Source: Torpedo marmorata
Taxonomy: Eukaryota
Assembly (NCBI GenBank): GCA_977017645.1
Contig: OZ360221.1
Location: forward strand, 199,578,001 to 199,642,000
Length of the DNA stretch: 64,000 nt
Direction: 5' to 3'
The notes under the pieces were generated by a model. It was not told where the DNA came from, did not search any database, and saw only the letters and a list, made by a program, of their open reading frames with translations. Below, piece after piece: positions 50,282 to 63,490 of the stretch (position 1 is its first letter; each line of letters starts with the position of its first letter). Made by a program: the position numbers and the translations under genes.

Positions 50282-52379
50282 CTCAGGTTGTTATTTACGC
50301 ACCATTTCACGAGATTTTCCATCTCCTCTGTAGTGCGACTCATTGCTGTTGCTGATGAGGCCAACTACAGTTGTGTCATATGCAAACTTGATGACTCTGT
50401 TGGAGCTGGATCTGGCGTGGGTCAGTAGCATTAACAGGAGCGGGCTGAGCACGCAGCCCTGATGTGCGCCAGTGCTCAGCATGATGGTGCTTGACGTTCT
50501 GCTGCCGACCTGGACAATTCTGTGTTCTTTCCGTTAGGAAGTCCAGAACCCAGTTAGAGAGAGGGGTTTTGAGTCCCAGCGAGGACAGCTTCTCCACCAG
50601 CCTCTGGGGAATGAGCTGAAGTCAATGAACATCAGCCTGGCGTATGAGGCATTGTTCTCCAGGTGGGTCAGAACAGAGTAGAGGGACACGTTTATAGCAT
50701 CATAAGTGGAACAGTTCTATCTTCAGGTGAGCTGAAAGGGGTCCAGTGTCACTGGGAGGTTTGCTTTGATGCGTTCCATCATCAGATGCTCGAAACATTT
50801 CATAATGGTCAAGGTCAGTGCGACTGGGCGGTAATCGTTGAGGCTTGTTCCTGTCGCCCTCTTTGGTTCCGGGATGATGATGGCTGTGTTGAATGGGGAC
50901 AATGGACTGCAGCGGTGAGGTGTTGAAGATGTCCGTTAAGACCTCAGTCAGTTGGTCTGCGCATACCAGGTATGTTCTCTGGTCCCGCTGCCATGTGTGG
51001 TTTCACCTTGGATAGGGTTCTTCTCACCTCAGCCGCAGCGAGGGACAGGGAACTTTCTTCGGCGTCAGCCTTTTCTTCTTGTTGAACCGTGCGTAGAAGG
51101 TGTTAAGCATGTCTAGAAGAGAAGCGTCATTGTCTTTGACTTGCAAGGTTGACTTGTGGTCTGTTATAAGTTTGATCCCTTGCCTCATGCGCCTAGTGTT
51201 GCCGGTAACTCACAGCTGTCTGTGGATCGTCTGTACATACCCCTGCTTTGCCTTCCGGATTGCATGGGAGAGTTCAACACTGGCTGATCTTAGTGCCATC
51301 TTATCTCCTATCCTGAAGGGAGCATCACGAGCTCTGACAAGTGCATGGATCTCTGCATCCAATCGTGGTTTCTGGTTAGCCCTGGTTGTGAAGCATTTGA
51401 TCTTGGTGACATCCTCAAGCACTTACTGACGTGGTCAGTCAAAGAGCTCGTGTCCTCCTCAATGTTTACATGATGCTGCCGCAAAACACCGAATTTCATG
51501 ACTTGTTCATGACAATAAATTCTAATTCTAATTCTGACTGTTGTAGGTGGCTGCCTCCCTGAAGCAGTTCCAGTCTGTGGTCTCAAGGCAGTCATGTTGT
51601 GCTGCTGCTGTCCCCCACCCCCGGCCATGTCCTGGTCTCCCTGTGAACTGGCATTGTTAGTTTTGCCAGCGGCCTTTATGCTGGAGTTAGCAGGTCTGAT
51701 ATATGATCCGAGTATCCAAGATGGGGGCGAGAGGCAGTCTTGTACACGTTCGTGTACACCCTATCCAGGGTGTTCTCTCCTCTTGTGGCCAGGTGCACCT
51801 ACATGGTAGATCTGTTTTCAGTCCGTACTATTACATGACAATAAAGGAATCTTGAATGAGCTGGAGAAACTCAGCAGGTTATGCAGCATCCATACATTTT
51901 GGGTCTTGTCCCTTCATCACGTTCAACCTTACCTGACAACGGGCCCAGGCCCAAAACTTTGGTAACCCTTCACTTCTTATGGATACTGTGTGACCTGCTG
52001 AGTTTCTCCACCACATTTGTGTATTGCATCCGACCCCACCATCTGCAGACTTTCTTGTTTAATCAGTATAAATAACTACTTGTCAGACAGCAAGCACATG
52101 TTGGGACAAATGGTGATTCTGATTGGGACTTTGTCCTGAAACGTTAGAGTTGCACAGCATGGAAACAGACCATACAACCAAATTCACAAAAACTGCCTAC
52201 TTGAGGTACTGTACTTCCCAAAGTTCCCTATCCCTCTAACCTTCTCCTATCCATGTACTCTTCTGCATGTTTAATGAACTTTGAATTGTACCCACCTCAT
52301 GACCTCCCCAGGCAGCTTGATCCACCTTCCCACTCTCCTTTGTGTTGTCCCTCGGGCCCCCTTTAAACCTTAAATCTCT

Positions 52380-53140
52380 GCCCACTTCCGCTACTCTTGA
52401 GCGGGTTGCTGCTCGACTGGATGAATTCTTTCAGCATTTCTGCTGTTTCAGACTCAGGCGCCTCCGGGCGTCTTTATTTTTCTGTGCTGTACACGGCGAC
52501 GTTTAGGGGACCTAAGCGAACTGCACTCGCAGTTGAGCCGGGACGATTGCGAGGGCTTTGGGCACTGTGATAGTGTGCAAGTGTGGTGACGAGCGGCCAG
52601 AGCGACCAACCGCTGAGCACGATCCCGCCGCTATGACTGCTGCGTCACTGGCCAGCTCCGAGACCTGGTGGCCCGGGTCTGTCCGCGCGCGCCCAGCCCT
52701 CCCCGGGTCCCGTGCGCGTCCACAGGCCTGCTGGCAAGGCCCGCCTACTCTCCTTTCCTGGAGCGTTCGCGCGCACCCAGGCGCTATCCGGGTCGCGCGC
52801 GCGTACACAGGCCTGCTGGACAAGGCCCACGTTGTGTTTTCCCTGGCCGCCCGCGTGCCCGCGTGTGAGTGTGTCCTCTCACCACATCCCCTTGTCCCGC
52901 CTCTGCCAGTTCGCGCGTGCGCATGCTGCCCGTCGACTGACGGCGGGGCCGTGGTTCGCAGGACGCTGAAGACGGGGTGAGTCAGATCCATCCCGGTTAG
53001 GAGGAAATTGGGTGCTGCGAGCGGTCCTTAGGCCAGGCTTGGAAGGGGAGTGAGACGGGCAGCAGTGGCGCCTCAACGTGGGCTGAAGGCTGGCATGGCC
53101 GGGCTGGGTGAGTCTTGCTCGGAGTCTGCCTAACGCGCCC
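52380..53140. promoter_or_regulatory. CpG island; candidate promoter or first exon
   Basis: Dense CpG and GCGCGC runs in non-repeat sequence. ETS-like acttccg at about 52384. Plus-strand donors GG|gtgagt at 52977 and about 53108. Confidence 0.7.
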
Positions 53141-53437
53141 ATCTCATTGCCCCTTACACAGTCCACAGTTACCGGTTTCCCCTGTCTATATCTGCACTGA
53201 CCCCAGGGTGCAGGAGGCTGTGTAGACCTGTCACTGTGTATGCAGCCTCTCGTCCTGGTGGTGCCTGTATTCATACTGTCCTCTGCACAATTTACATGTT
53301 GTTCTCTTTATGTACACTGTACACGATTTCGCTGACCACTCACCCAAACCCTGCACGGACCAGTTTCTCTTTGTCAGATTACACTAATATACAGATTACA
53401 CTAGGTTAAACAAGAAAGTCTGCAGAGACTGATTATA

Positions 53438-53665
53438 GCGGCACGGTTGTAGCGATTAGCGCAACGCCTTTACAGCGCCAGCGATCGGGACAAGGGTTCG
53501 AATCCCGCGCTGTCTGTAAGGAGTTTGTACGTTCTCCCCGTGGGTTTTCCCCGGGGGCTCCGGTTTGCTCCCACCGTTCAAAACGTACCGGAGATGTAGG
53601 TTATCGGGTGTAACGGACTCGTGGGCAGCCTGTTACCGTGGTATGTCTAAAAAAAAAATCAAAAC
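53438..53665 (+). mobile_element. Young tRNA-derived V-SINE
   Basis: Same family as 23490; ggttcgaatccc; A-tail. Confidence 0.88.
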
Positions 53666-53669
53666 AAAT

Positions 53670-54955
53670 TTAAGACAAAAATGCTGGAGAAATTCGTTCC
53701 CTATGTAGCAAAGATAAATATATGTAACCAACGTTTGGGTAAAAACACACGAAATGCGTCTATAGGAGACAAAGACATATTGCCGACGTTTCGGGCCTGA
53801 GCCCTTTTTCAAGGAATAAGCAGAATAAGCCAGAAACAGGAAATCTCAGAATTCAAACAATGGAGGAGGAATCCAGACCAACAAAAGGTGTTAATTGGAT
53901 ATGATAAGGGACGAGGTAAGAATTTATCATATTTGTGCAAAAGGAGACAGAATGGAGAGACAAAGATAAGGAAAGGTGACGGGGAGGAAGGGGGAGGGGT
54001 TTAACGAAAGCCAGAGAAGTCAATATTAATGCCATCCGGTTGGAGGGTGCCCAGTCGGAAGATGAGCTGTTGTTCCTCCAATTTACAGGTGGTCTCAGTC
54101 TGGCAGTGCATGAGACAATGGACAGATATGTCAGCAAGGGAATGGGATGGACAATTGAAATGGATGGCCACTGGGAGATTGACGCTATTGCGGCGGACAG
54201 AGCCGAGGTGCTCAACAAAGCGATCTCCCAGTCTGCGTCTAGTCACTCCGATGTAGAGGAGACCACAACGGGAGCACCGGATGCAGTAGATGACCCCTGC
54301 AGATTCACAAGTGAAATGTTGCTTCACTTGGAAGGACTGTTTAAGGCCCCAAATGGTGGTGAGGGAGGTGGTGCGGGCGCAAGTGGAGCATCTCCTGCGG
54401 TCACAGGGGTAGGTCCCAAGGGGACGATTGGTGGGGAGGGAGGAGTGGACAAGGGGGTCACGGAGGGAGCGGTCCCTGCGGAAGGCGGAGAGGGGAATAT
54501 GTGTCTAGTGGTGGGATCACGTAGTAGGTGGCAGAAATGGCGAGGAGGATGTGTTGGATGTGGAGGCTGGTGGGGTGGTAGGTGAGGACTAGAGGAATCC
54601 TGTCCTTGTTGGGCGTGGGGGCGGAGGGGGCCAGGGCAGATGTGCGGGTTATGGAGTATATGCGGGTGAGTGCCGAGTTGATGGTGGTAGAGGGAAAGTC
54701 ATGTTGTTTGAAGAAGGAGGGCATCTGGGAACTGAGCCCTTCATCAAGGTTTGAGCAAAAATCAGGCAGGCGCCTGAATAAAAAGGTGAGGAGAGGAAGA
54801 AAGGAGGAGCAGGGGCGGAAGCCCAGTCCCATATCCACCTATGACCCTGTGGCTCTGTGCTCCTCCCCCCTGCCTCTTCTCCCACCATTCTCTTCAGGCG
54901 CCTGCCTGCTTCTTGCTCATAACCTCAAATGGCTCAGGCCTGAAACGTTGGTTGT
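53670..54955 (-). mobile_element. Penelope 3' part with GIY-YIG, plus an inverted pseudo-LTR at about 54730-54955
   Basis: ORF 54001-54327 with HFTCESAGVIYCIRCSRCGLLYIG. Hammerhead-like motifs at about 53783-53815 (-), 54733-54750 (-) and 54930-54950 (+). Confidence 0.9.
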
Positions 54956-55237
54956 GATTGGCATGGTTGAGATCTCTGGCTAAGATGAGCACAGTTCTGG
55001 GTGTCTTGTTTCAGCACTGTTGATGGAGGTGAATAGTTCATCAAGCATCAGCTTCGTGTTCACCTGGGGTGCGATGTAGACTGCTGTCAGTATAGCTGAT
55101 GTAAATTCAGGTCGTAGGGATGGTACTCCTTTTGCTTTCGATACAATTCTTCATCCTCACAATTTGGATAGCAATATTTTTTGATTTACCTTTTCAGTAA
55201 TACAGGGTATTTGATTCAAGGTTCCTTTATTGTCATG

Positions 55238-55500
55238 GGGTGGCATGGTTGGCGTAGCAGTTAGCGCAACGCTATTACAGCGCCAGCGATTAGGATTGGG
55301 GTTCGAATCCCGCGCTGTCTGTAAGGAGTTTGTACGTTCTCCCCGTGTCTGCGTGGGTTTTCCCCGGGGGCTCCGGTTTCCTCCTACCATTCGAAACTTA
55401 TGGGGGGGGTGTAGGTTAATTGGGTGTAATTGGGTGGCACGGACTCGTGGGCCAAGAAGGTCTGTTACTGTGCTGTATGTCTAAGTTTAAATTTGAATTT
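55238..55500 (+). mobile_element. Young tRNA-derived V-SINE
   Basis: Same family as 23490; sits inside a minus-strand Rex1-tail element. Confidence 0.88.
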
Positions 55501-55598
55501 ATGTAATAATACAAAAAAAGTAATATATACAATATACATCAATCTTTGCCTGCCATAAAGGCAAACAAAAAGTTGCCATTAACATTAAAAACACACCG

Positions 55599-58500
55599 GG
55601 GGACGTCACGTGATGCCGTAGGGTTAGGACGTAGGAACCTGACCCTCCTGGGAATCTCAAAAAAAGTATCAATAAACAAAGTTTTATAAAATTTAAACCT
55701 TTTTAAAAAGCATCTGAACACTAGAAAAATACTCCAAATGCCTCAGAAAAAAGAAAAAACAGCTGCAGCCTTACCACGAGCCCAATGCAAGGAGAAGACT
55801 GGAACGGGTAGAAGGCCTCAGCAGCAGGGACCTAGCGTTCAAACTGATCCCGAGGTGAGTGGATCGCTGGCAGGGACCTCTGCTGGCGGTGTGTACCTCC
55901 GACATCGGAAAGATGGCGCTGAGGAAGAACCCGGAAGTGCAATGCGCACACGCAAAACGTCGGGACACTCAGATGAGTCTACAACGTCAGGAGAAGAGGA
56001 GTCGGGTCTCCCTAGCTCTGACAGCGAGGAAAATGAGGTGGAAATGGAAAAACAGCAACAACAAGAGGAGGTAATGGAAGAAACTGAAAGTAAAAAGCAA
56101 AAAAAACAAGCAATTCAGACATATTAAAAGAGTTGAAAAAATGAAGGTTGAAATGAAAGGGGAGATTAATAAAGTGGTTAATGAGATAAAAGAAATAAAG
56201 AAAAAATTGGATAAAATGGATGGACAAATGAAGAAGGCACAGGATGAGATGGAACATCTTGATGACAGAACGACTAAAGTGGAAAATACTACTACAAGTT
56301 TAACAATGGAAAATCAGAAGCTTCAACAGAAAGTAGATATACTGGAGAACTTTAGTAGAAGGAATAATATAAAAATTGTGGGTCTTAAAGAAGGAATAGA
56401 AGAGCAAGACCCAATTGGTTTTTTAGAAAGTGGATACCTGAAGTCTTGGGACCAGAGAATTTTGAACATCCAATTGAGTTTGAAAGAGCACATAGGGCTC
56501 TAAGAGGGAAACCACTTCAAGATCAGAATCCACGCTCTGTTTTAATTAAATTTCTTCGTTATCAGGATAGAGAGAAGATTCTGAAACTGGCGATGGAACG
56601 AGCAAGAATACGCAAAGGCCCTTTTGAATATAAAGGTGGCAGAATTCTATTCTATCCCGATATAAGTGCTGATTTAATGAAGAGAAGAAGAGAATTTAAT
56701 CCAGCCAAGAAGATCCTTTGGGAGAAAGGTTACAGATTTGTACTGCGTCACCCGGCGACTTTGAATATTTTTTTGCCTGAAGAACAAAATAAATTCTTCT
56801 CAAGTTATGTACAGGCAGAAGAGTTTGCTAAAAATCTTATGATAATGCAGAGGGATTGAAGAAGAAAAATTAAAAACTTGGATTGCTATAACTATGTCCT
56901 ACAAGGATTATATCATTTACAGCAGCTTGTGAACTTGATTAATCTAGTAATTGGTTATTTTAAAAAAAGGTAAATGTACCAGGGGTGTTGGGGAAGAGGA
57001 TGAAGTTCTAACTCTGCTGGATCATTTGTGTTTTTGCGACCTTGGTCGCGACCTGTAAAATAGAGGGGGGGTTGCGCTGTATAGTTAAACAGCGCTAGAT
57101 GGGGAAAATTTATTTTGTTTTTATACTATTGTGAAAGTTGGGAAATATATTTTTTAATTCTATACTTATTCTTTTTTCTTTATGTGGATTGCCGGAGGAG
57201 ACATGTGACGACGCAATGGAGATTGGATAATGAAGTTAAAGGGAGGGATTTAGCAGACTGGGGTGGAGGAGGTAACACTAAAAAGAATGAATATGGTTAT
57301 TCAAAATGAGTAAGATAGTGAAATTTATGAACTTTAATATCAGTGAAGAGGAAGAGAGTATTAACATATATTAAAAAATTGGGAATAGATGTGGTTTGTT
57401 TACAAGAGACACACTTAACTGAAAAAGAACATTTGAAATTAAAAAGAGATTGGGTGGGATTTGTAGCAGCAGCTTCATTTAACTAAGGCAAGAGGTGTGG
57501 CAATTCTAATAAAAAAGTAATCTCCCAATTAAAATTCAAAACATTGTGATGGATCCTGTAGGGAGATATGTAATGATATATTGCCAAATATATTCGGAGT
57601 TTTGGATTTTTTTGAATCTATATGCCCCTAATGTGGATGATGATAAATTTATTCAAGAAACTTTTCTTAATATAGCAGAGGCACATGAAAATATTATAAT
57701 AGGAGGAGACTTCAATTTTTGTTTAGATCCAATTTTAGATAGATCTACAAGGGGAGTGAAGAGAACTAAGGCAGCAAAAGCTACATTGGTACTAATGAAA
57801 GACTTAAATTTAATAGATGCTTGGAGGAGAATACATCTTAGAGAAAGGGATTATTCATTTTATTCGAATAGACACGATTCTTACTCTAGAATTGATTTAT
57901 TTTTAACTTCAGCCCAATTGCAAGATAGGATTCTAGAAGTAGAATATAAAGCAAGGATTTTGTCTGACCACTCACCTTTATTAATGACAATTGCCATGCC
58001 TGATAAAGAAAAAAACAATATATAGGTGGAGATTAAACCCATTATTATTAAAAAGAACAGACTTGTGGTTTTATGAGACAAATTCAGATATTTTGTGAAA
58101 CAAATTTAAACTCTGTGAATGATAAGTTGTAATATGGGAAACTCTGAAAGCGTATCTGAGAGGTCTAATTATAAGTTATACCTCAAAAATCAAAAAGGAA
58201 TATATGAGAGATATAGACCAATTAGAAACAGAAATAACGGTTTTAGAAAAGGACTTCAAAAGAGAAGTTCTGAAGATGAGCGTAGGCAACTAATGAACAA
58301 AAAATTTCAGTATAATGTATTACAAACTTACAGAACGGAGAAGACTATTACAAGAACTAAACAGACATTATGAATTAGGTGAGTGATCACACAAGGTCTT
58401 AGCATGGCAATTAAAAACTGAACAGGCTTCAAGAACAATCAATGCAATTAAAAGCAACTCTAATGTTATTAGTTATAAACCCCAAAAGATAAATGACTCT

Positions 58501-61457
58501 TAAAAATTTCTATTCTAAATTATGTAAAACAGAGTCTTTGCAAGATGATAGTAAAATAGACAGATAGTTATCGCAGATAAATTTACCAAGACTAAATATG
58601 CAAGAACAGTTAGAATTGAGTACTCAGCTTACACAGGAAGAAGTGAAAAAAGCAATGAGTTCACTACAAAGTAATAAAGCTCCGGGAGAGGATGGCTTCC
58701 CACCTGAGTTCTATAAAGAGTTTAAAGACCTATTAATTCCTGTCTTTATGGAAATGTTAAGACAGGCATCAGTAACTAATTCTCTCCCGGAATCTTTTTC
58801 AACAGCAATAATTACTGTAATACCAAAGAAAGATAGAGATCCATTGAAGCCCTCGTCTTATAGACCAATTTCATTATTAAATGCAGATTATAAAATTGTA
58901 GCCAAAATCTTGGCTAATAGAATGACTAAATTGTTACCTAAATTAGTAAATATGGATCAGACAGGCTTTATATAAAAAAAAAAGACAATCGGCTGATAAT
59001 GGAGCAAGATTACTTAGTATTATTCATTTAGCTCAAAAAAGGAAAGTATTAAGTGTTGCGGTGGCTTTAGATGCGGAAAAAGCGTTTGATAGATTGGAGT
59101 GGGACTTTCTGTTGAAAGTGTTGGAGAAATTTTGATTTGGACAGACCTTCATAAACTGGATTAAAGCATTATACAACGGTCCAAAAGCCAAAGTAGTGAC
59201 TAATGGACAAATATCAACTCCGTTCTATTTGACAAGGTCTAGTGGACAAGGATGCCCACTGTCACCAGCTTTATTTATATTAGCTATAGAACCACTTGCA
59301 GAGGCAATTAGAAGAGATTTGGAAATTAAGGGATTTAGGGTTGGTCAAGAAGAATATAAAATTAGTTTATTTGCGGACGATTTTTTAATATACTTGACAG
59401 AACCTGAGACCTCTTTACGAAGATTGCATCTTAAATTGGAAGAATATGGAGAGATCTCAGGTTATAAAATAAATTGGGATAAAAGTGAAATTATGTCCCA
59501 TAGAAGGAGATTATACTTTATGTAAAAGAAATACTCCGTTTAAATGGCCACATAATGGGATTAAATATCTAGGATTTCGATCAGATAATAATTTAAAAAA
59601 TCTATATAAATGGAATTATTTACCATTACTTAAAAAGGTTAAAGAAGATTTGGAAAAATGGATGAGTTTGCCCATAACATTGATAGGAAGAGTTAATTGT
59701 ATTAAAATGAACGTATTTCCAAGAATACAATATCTGTATCAAACCATACCTATCTTATTACCACAAGGGTTTTTCCAAGAGTTAAATAAATATGTGAGAA
59801 AATTCCTTTGGAGATGTAAAATGTCAAGAGTCTCTATAGAACGCTTAACATGGAAATATGGTTCAGGGGGCTTGCAGCTTCCTAATTTCAAGAATTATTA
59901 TCGAGCGGCTCAAATGAGATTTCTTACTTCTTTTTTTGAAAGGGAGGAAAAACCTGCATGGGTTAAAATAGAGTTAGGAAAAATAAGAGAGAGAGTAGCA
60001 GAAGAATTTATATATTAATGGAACTCAAAATTATTAGTAGGAGTTAAGGAAGCGCCATTATTAAAACATTTGATTAATGTTTGGAACAAGATTAACAACG
60101 AAATAGGGACAAAAGGGGGTATATCACCCAAAATGCCCTTGACTCAGAATAATCTTATATTTTTTACAAGAGACAATCAATTTTTAAATATATGGTTCCA
60201 GAAAGGAATTAAGAAGATAGAAGACTGTTACGAAAGGGGTCAATTGATGTCGTTTGCACAGTTAAGAAATAAATACAGAATAAGGAACAATATTTTTTGT
60301 TATTTTCAATTAAGAGGGCACAAGGGAAAAACTAGGTTCAGACATGTTGTTACAAAGTTGTAGTGAAGTGGAAACTCTTATTAGAAAAGGAAATACTAAA
60401 AAAATTACTTCTATGGTGTACTCTTTGTTACAAAGAGGGACCCTTAAACAAGGAGTTCATAAATCTAGACAGAGGTGGGAACAAGATCTGAATGTGATAA
60501 TTGATGAACAAAGATGGTCAGATTTATGTCGAGATAGCATGACCAACACTATTAATGTAAGATATAGATTAGTTTAGTATAATTTTTTACATCAGCTATA
60601 TCTTACACCACAAAAATTGAATAAAATGAAATCAGAATTGTCAAATCAGTGTTTTAGATGTGGTGAAGGAGTGGGAACTTTCTTGCATTCAAGTTGGTTA
60701 TGCTCTAAGGTAAGACCCTTTTGGGTGGAACTAGGGAAACAAATTACAGGAGTTACACTTCCACAAAACCCTGATTTATTTTTGCTGGGGAATGTGGAAA
60801 GAACTAGACCAAAATTGAAATTATCAACATATCAATTGCAATTTGTTAAAATTGCTCTAGCGGTAGCGAGGAAGTGTATCGCAGTAACCTGGAAATCAGA
60901 CATAAACTTAGGTATGGAAAGATGGAATACAGAGATAGAGAGTTGTATTCCCTTGGAAAAAATAACATACAACATGAGAAATAAATATGGGGGTTTCCTG
61001 CAAATTTGGCATCCATATATCCAGACATTAGGTATAAATATGTAAATGTTTCTTCCACATCTTAGGCCCTATGCTAACTCCCTCAAAACTAAACTGACAG
61101 AAACACTGTTGAAAATTTGCGTCAGACTGTGAATCTCCGGGCAATCCATATATTTGTTTTTATAAGTAATATTACATTACTTTATTTTTTTATTTTTCCT
61201 TCTTTCTCTTTCGTAGATATTAGGAGGAGGAGGGAAGCTAAGGGGAGGGAGTGGGTTGAGGGTGGGTTTCGAAATATTAATAATAATTTTAATTTGAAAT
61301 GTTGGAAAAGTTGTTATGGGATTTGAGGGGTTAAGGGAGGGGGTAGATTACACCATGTAATATAACATGAATGTATTCTTTCTGAAGTTAATAATGTACA
61401 TTATTTACGTATGTATTACATGTGTGTGAAAATTTAAAATAAAATATTCCAAAAAAA
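55599..61457 (+). mobile_element. Full-length L1 (5'UTR, ORF1 55738-56859, ORF2 57306-61045, polyA), inactivated
   Basis: 5' gggggacgtcacgtgatg. ORF1 LENFSRRNNIKIVGL, ERAHR, FYPDISA. ORF2 QETH, NLYAPN, GGDFN, SRID, SDH, QGCPLSP, FADD. 18-bp TSD aacattaaaaacacaccg at 55581-55598 and 61458-61475. Confidence 0.97.
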
Positions 61458-61850
61458 AACATTAAAAACACACCGAAATGCTGGAGGAACTCAGCTGATC
61501 TTTCAGTGTCCACAGGAGACAAAGATATATTTCCGACGCTTTAGGCCTGAGCCCTTCTTCAAGGAATAAGCAGAATGAGGCAAAAGCAGGAAAAAACATT
61601 AAAAACACACCGAAATGCTGGAGGAACTCAGCTGATCTTTCAGTCCACAGGAGACAAAGATATATTTCCGACGCTTTAGGCCTGAGCCCTTCTTCAAGGA
61701 ATAAGCAGAATGAGGCAAAAGCAGGAAATCTCAGAATTCAGACAAAGCTGGCTGGGGGAGGAATCCAGACCAACAAAAGGTGTTAATTGGATATGATAAG
61801 GGGAGAAGTGAGAATTTATTATGTCTGTGCGAAAGGAGACAGAAAAGCAT
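61458..61850 (-). mobile_element. Penelope 3' pseudo-LTR with a 137-bp tandem duplication
   Basis: 61458-61594 repeats at 61595-61729; matches 53740-53950. Confidence 0.85.
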
Positions 61851-62059
61851 TACCCGATGCCCCCAATAAGAAAAAGAGGAGTAAAAGAGAGTCATATTTC
61901 AACATTGAAAGTGCTGATTTTCTTTTTAGATTGGAAAACATTACGTATATGCCATCATCAAATTTGACAGTCTGAAAAGACAGTTTTGCTGGATACTTAC
62001 TGTAATTATATGACCAAATTCGAACAACACATAAGAAGGTATATTTTACCAAGTAGCAC

Positions 62060-62690
62060 ACTTGTCAAACCGGGCCTTAAACACAGAATCACCAGGCAGC
62101 CAAGACTAGTCACAATCGTAGTGCTACAAATTAAACTGAAAAAAAACTGTTGGCTTTCTTGAATAGATGTAAAACAGTGGTTTTCAAACTTCCCCCCAAA
62201 CTCACATTCCACCGTAAGCAATCCCTATGCCATAAGTGCTCTGTGATTGGTAAGGGATTGCTTAAGGTGGTATGTGAGTGGGAAGGGAAGGTTGAGAACC
62301 ACTGCTCTATACCCAATTGTTACTGAAATATTTTGCTTGAGAAAATTTGTCATTGGCCCATTTCCTTTGGAGTTATGAAACCGTGCACATAACGAGTCAA
62401 TTGGGTACGATTAAAACAGTGGTTTTTCAAACCTTTTTCTTTCCACTCACATACCACCTTAAGCAATCCCTTACTAATCAGAGCAGTTATGGCATAGGGA
62501 TTGCTTAAGGTGGAATGTGAGTTTAGGGGGGCAGTTTGAAAACCACTGATGTAAAGGATTCCATTGCGCTATTTAAAAATGGCAGGGGAATTCTCTTAGT
62601 GTCCTGGCCAATATTTATTTATTCTACCAATTTTCCTGAACAGATTAAAAATAACTGGATGATTTTAATTTGTCTTATGAAATGAAAGAT
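62060..62690 (+). mobile_element. Ancient Deu-domain SINE remnant, interrupted by a MITE
   Basis: gatgtaaaggattccattgcgctattt...gcaggggaattctc...gtgtcctggccaatattt resembles the DeuSINE core. Confidence 0.6.
62175..62548. mobile_element. hAT MITE, second copy of the composite element
   Basis: Same structure as 25781-26156; TSD atgtaaaa / atgtaaag at 62167-62174 and 62549-62556. Confidence 0.93.
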
Positions 62691-62859
62691 TCTGTAACTC
62701 TATTTAGTGTCCAATGATGGAAAAAGAATGATGTGAGCTTTCTCTTCTTTGGAACCAATACAACTAACTTATTTTCACTGATGAGATAACCCTTGTACAC
62801 TTTGACATTTCCTGGACTTTGCCCTTGACATGAAGTTTGTGTATTGTACATGTTTCAAA

Positions 62860-63490
62860 AGACCATAAGAGCGGAATTAGGCCATTCGACCTATCGAGTC
62901 TGCCTTACCATTCCATCATGGCTGCTTTACTATCCTCTTCAACCCCATTCTCCTGCCTGCTCCCCTTAATGCTTGATTCTCTTCCTGATCAAGAATGTAT
63001 CTCTCTCTGCTCTATATATTCCCAATGACTTGGCCTCTACAGCCGTCCGCGGCAATGAATTCCACAAATTCACCACCCTCTGGGTTAAGAAATTCCCCTT
63101 CATCTCTTTTCTAAAGGGATGTTTTTGTATTCTGAGGCTGTGCCCTCTGGACCTTGATCCCCCCACCCCCCACCATAGGAAACATCCTCTCCACATCCAC
63201 TCTATACAGGCCTTTCAGTATTCAATAGGTTTCAATGAGATCCCCCTCATTCTTCTAAACTCCAGCGAGTACAATCCCAGTGCCTTCAAAGGCTCCTCAT
63301 ATGAACACTCTTTCTCTCTGGGGATCATCCTTGAAACTTCTGGACTCTCTCCAATGCTAACACATCCTTCCTTAGATATGGAGACCAAAACTGCTCACAA
63401 TATTCCAAGTGTGGTCTGACAAATGCCTTATAAATCCTCAACATCACATCCCTGCTTTTATATTCTATCCCTCGAAATGAATGCTAGCAT
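62860..63490 (-). mobile_element. CR1 3' end
   Basis: SRGHSLRI..NFLTQRVVNLWNSLP motif; tail at about 62862. Confidence 0.88.

Larger units (their letters stand above)
44240..51810 (-). mobile_element. Second Rex1 LINE, host of the BEL element
   Basis: Rex1 RT sequence continues across the LTR insertion (ttgagactcag|gttgttattt). [14 protein letters not shown] at about 50440-50480. Small Rex1-tail insert at about 51472-51537. Confidence 0.88.

Noticed and set aside
55599-61457. Active L1
   Set aside because: Full length, but both ORFs have several frameshifts and ORF2 has in-frame stops.
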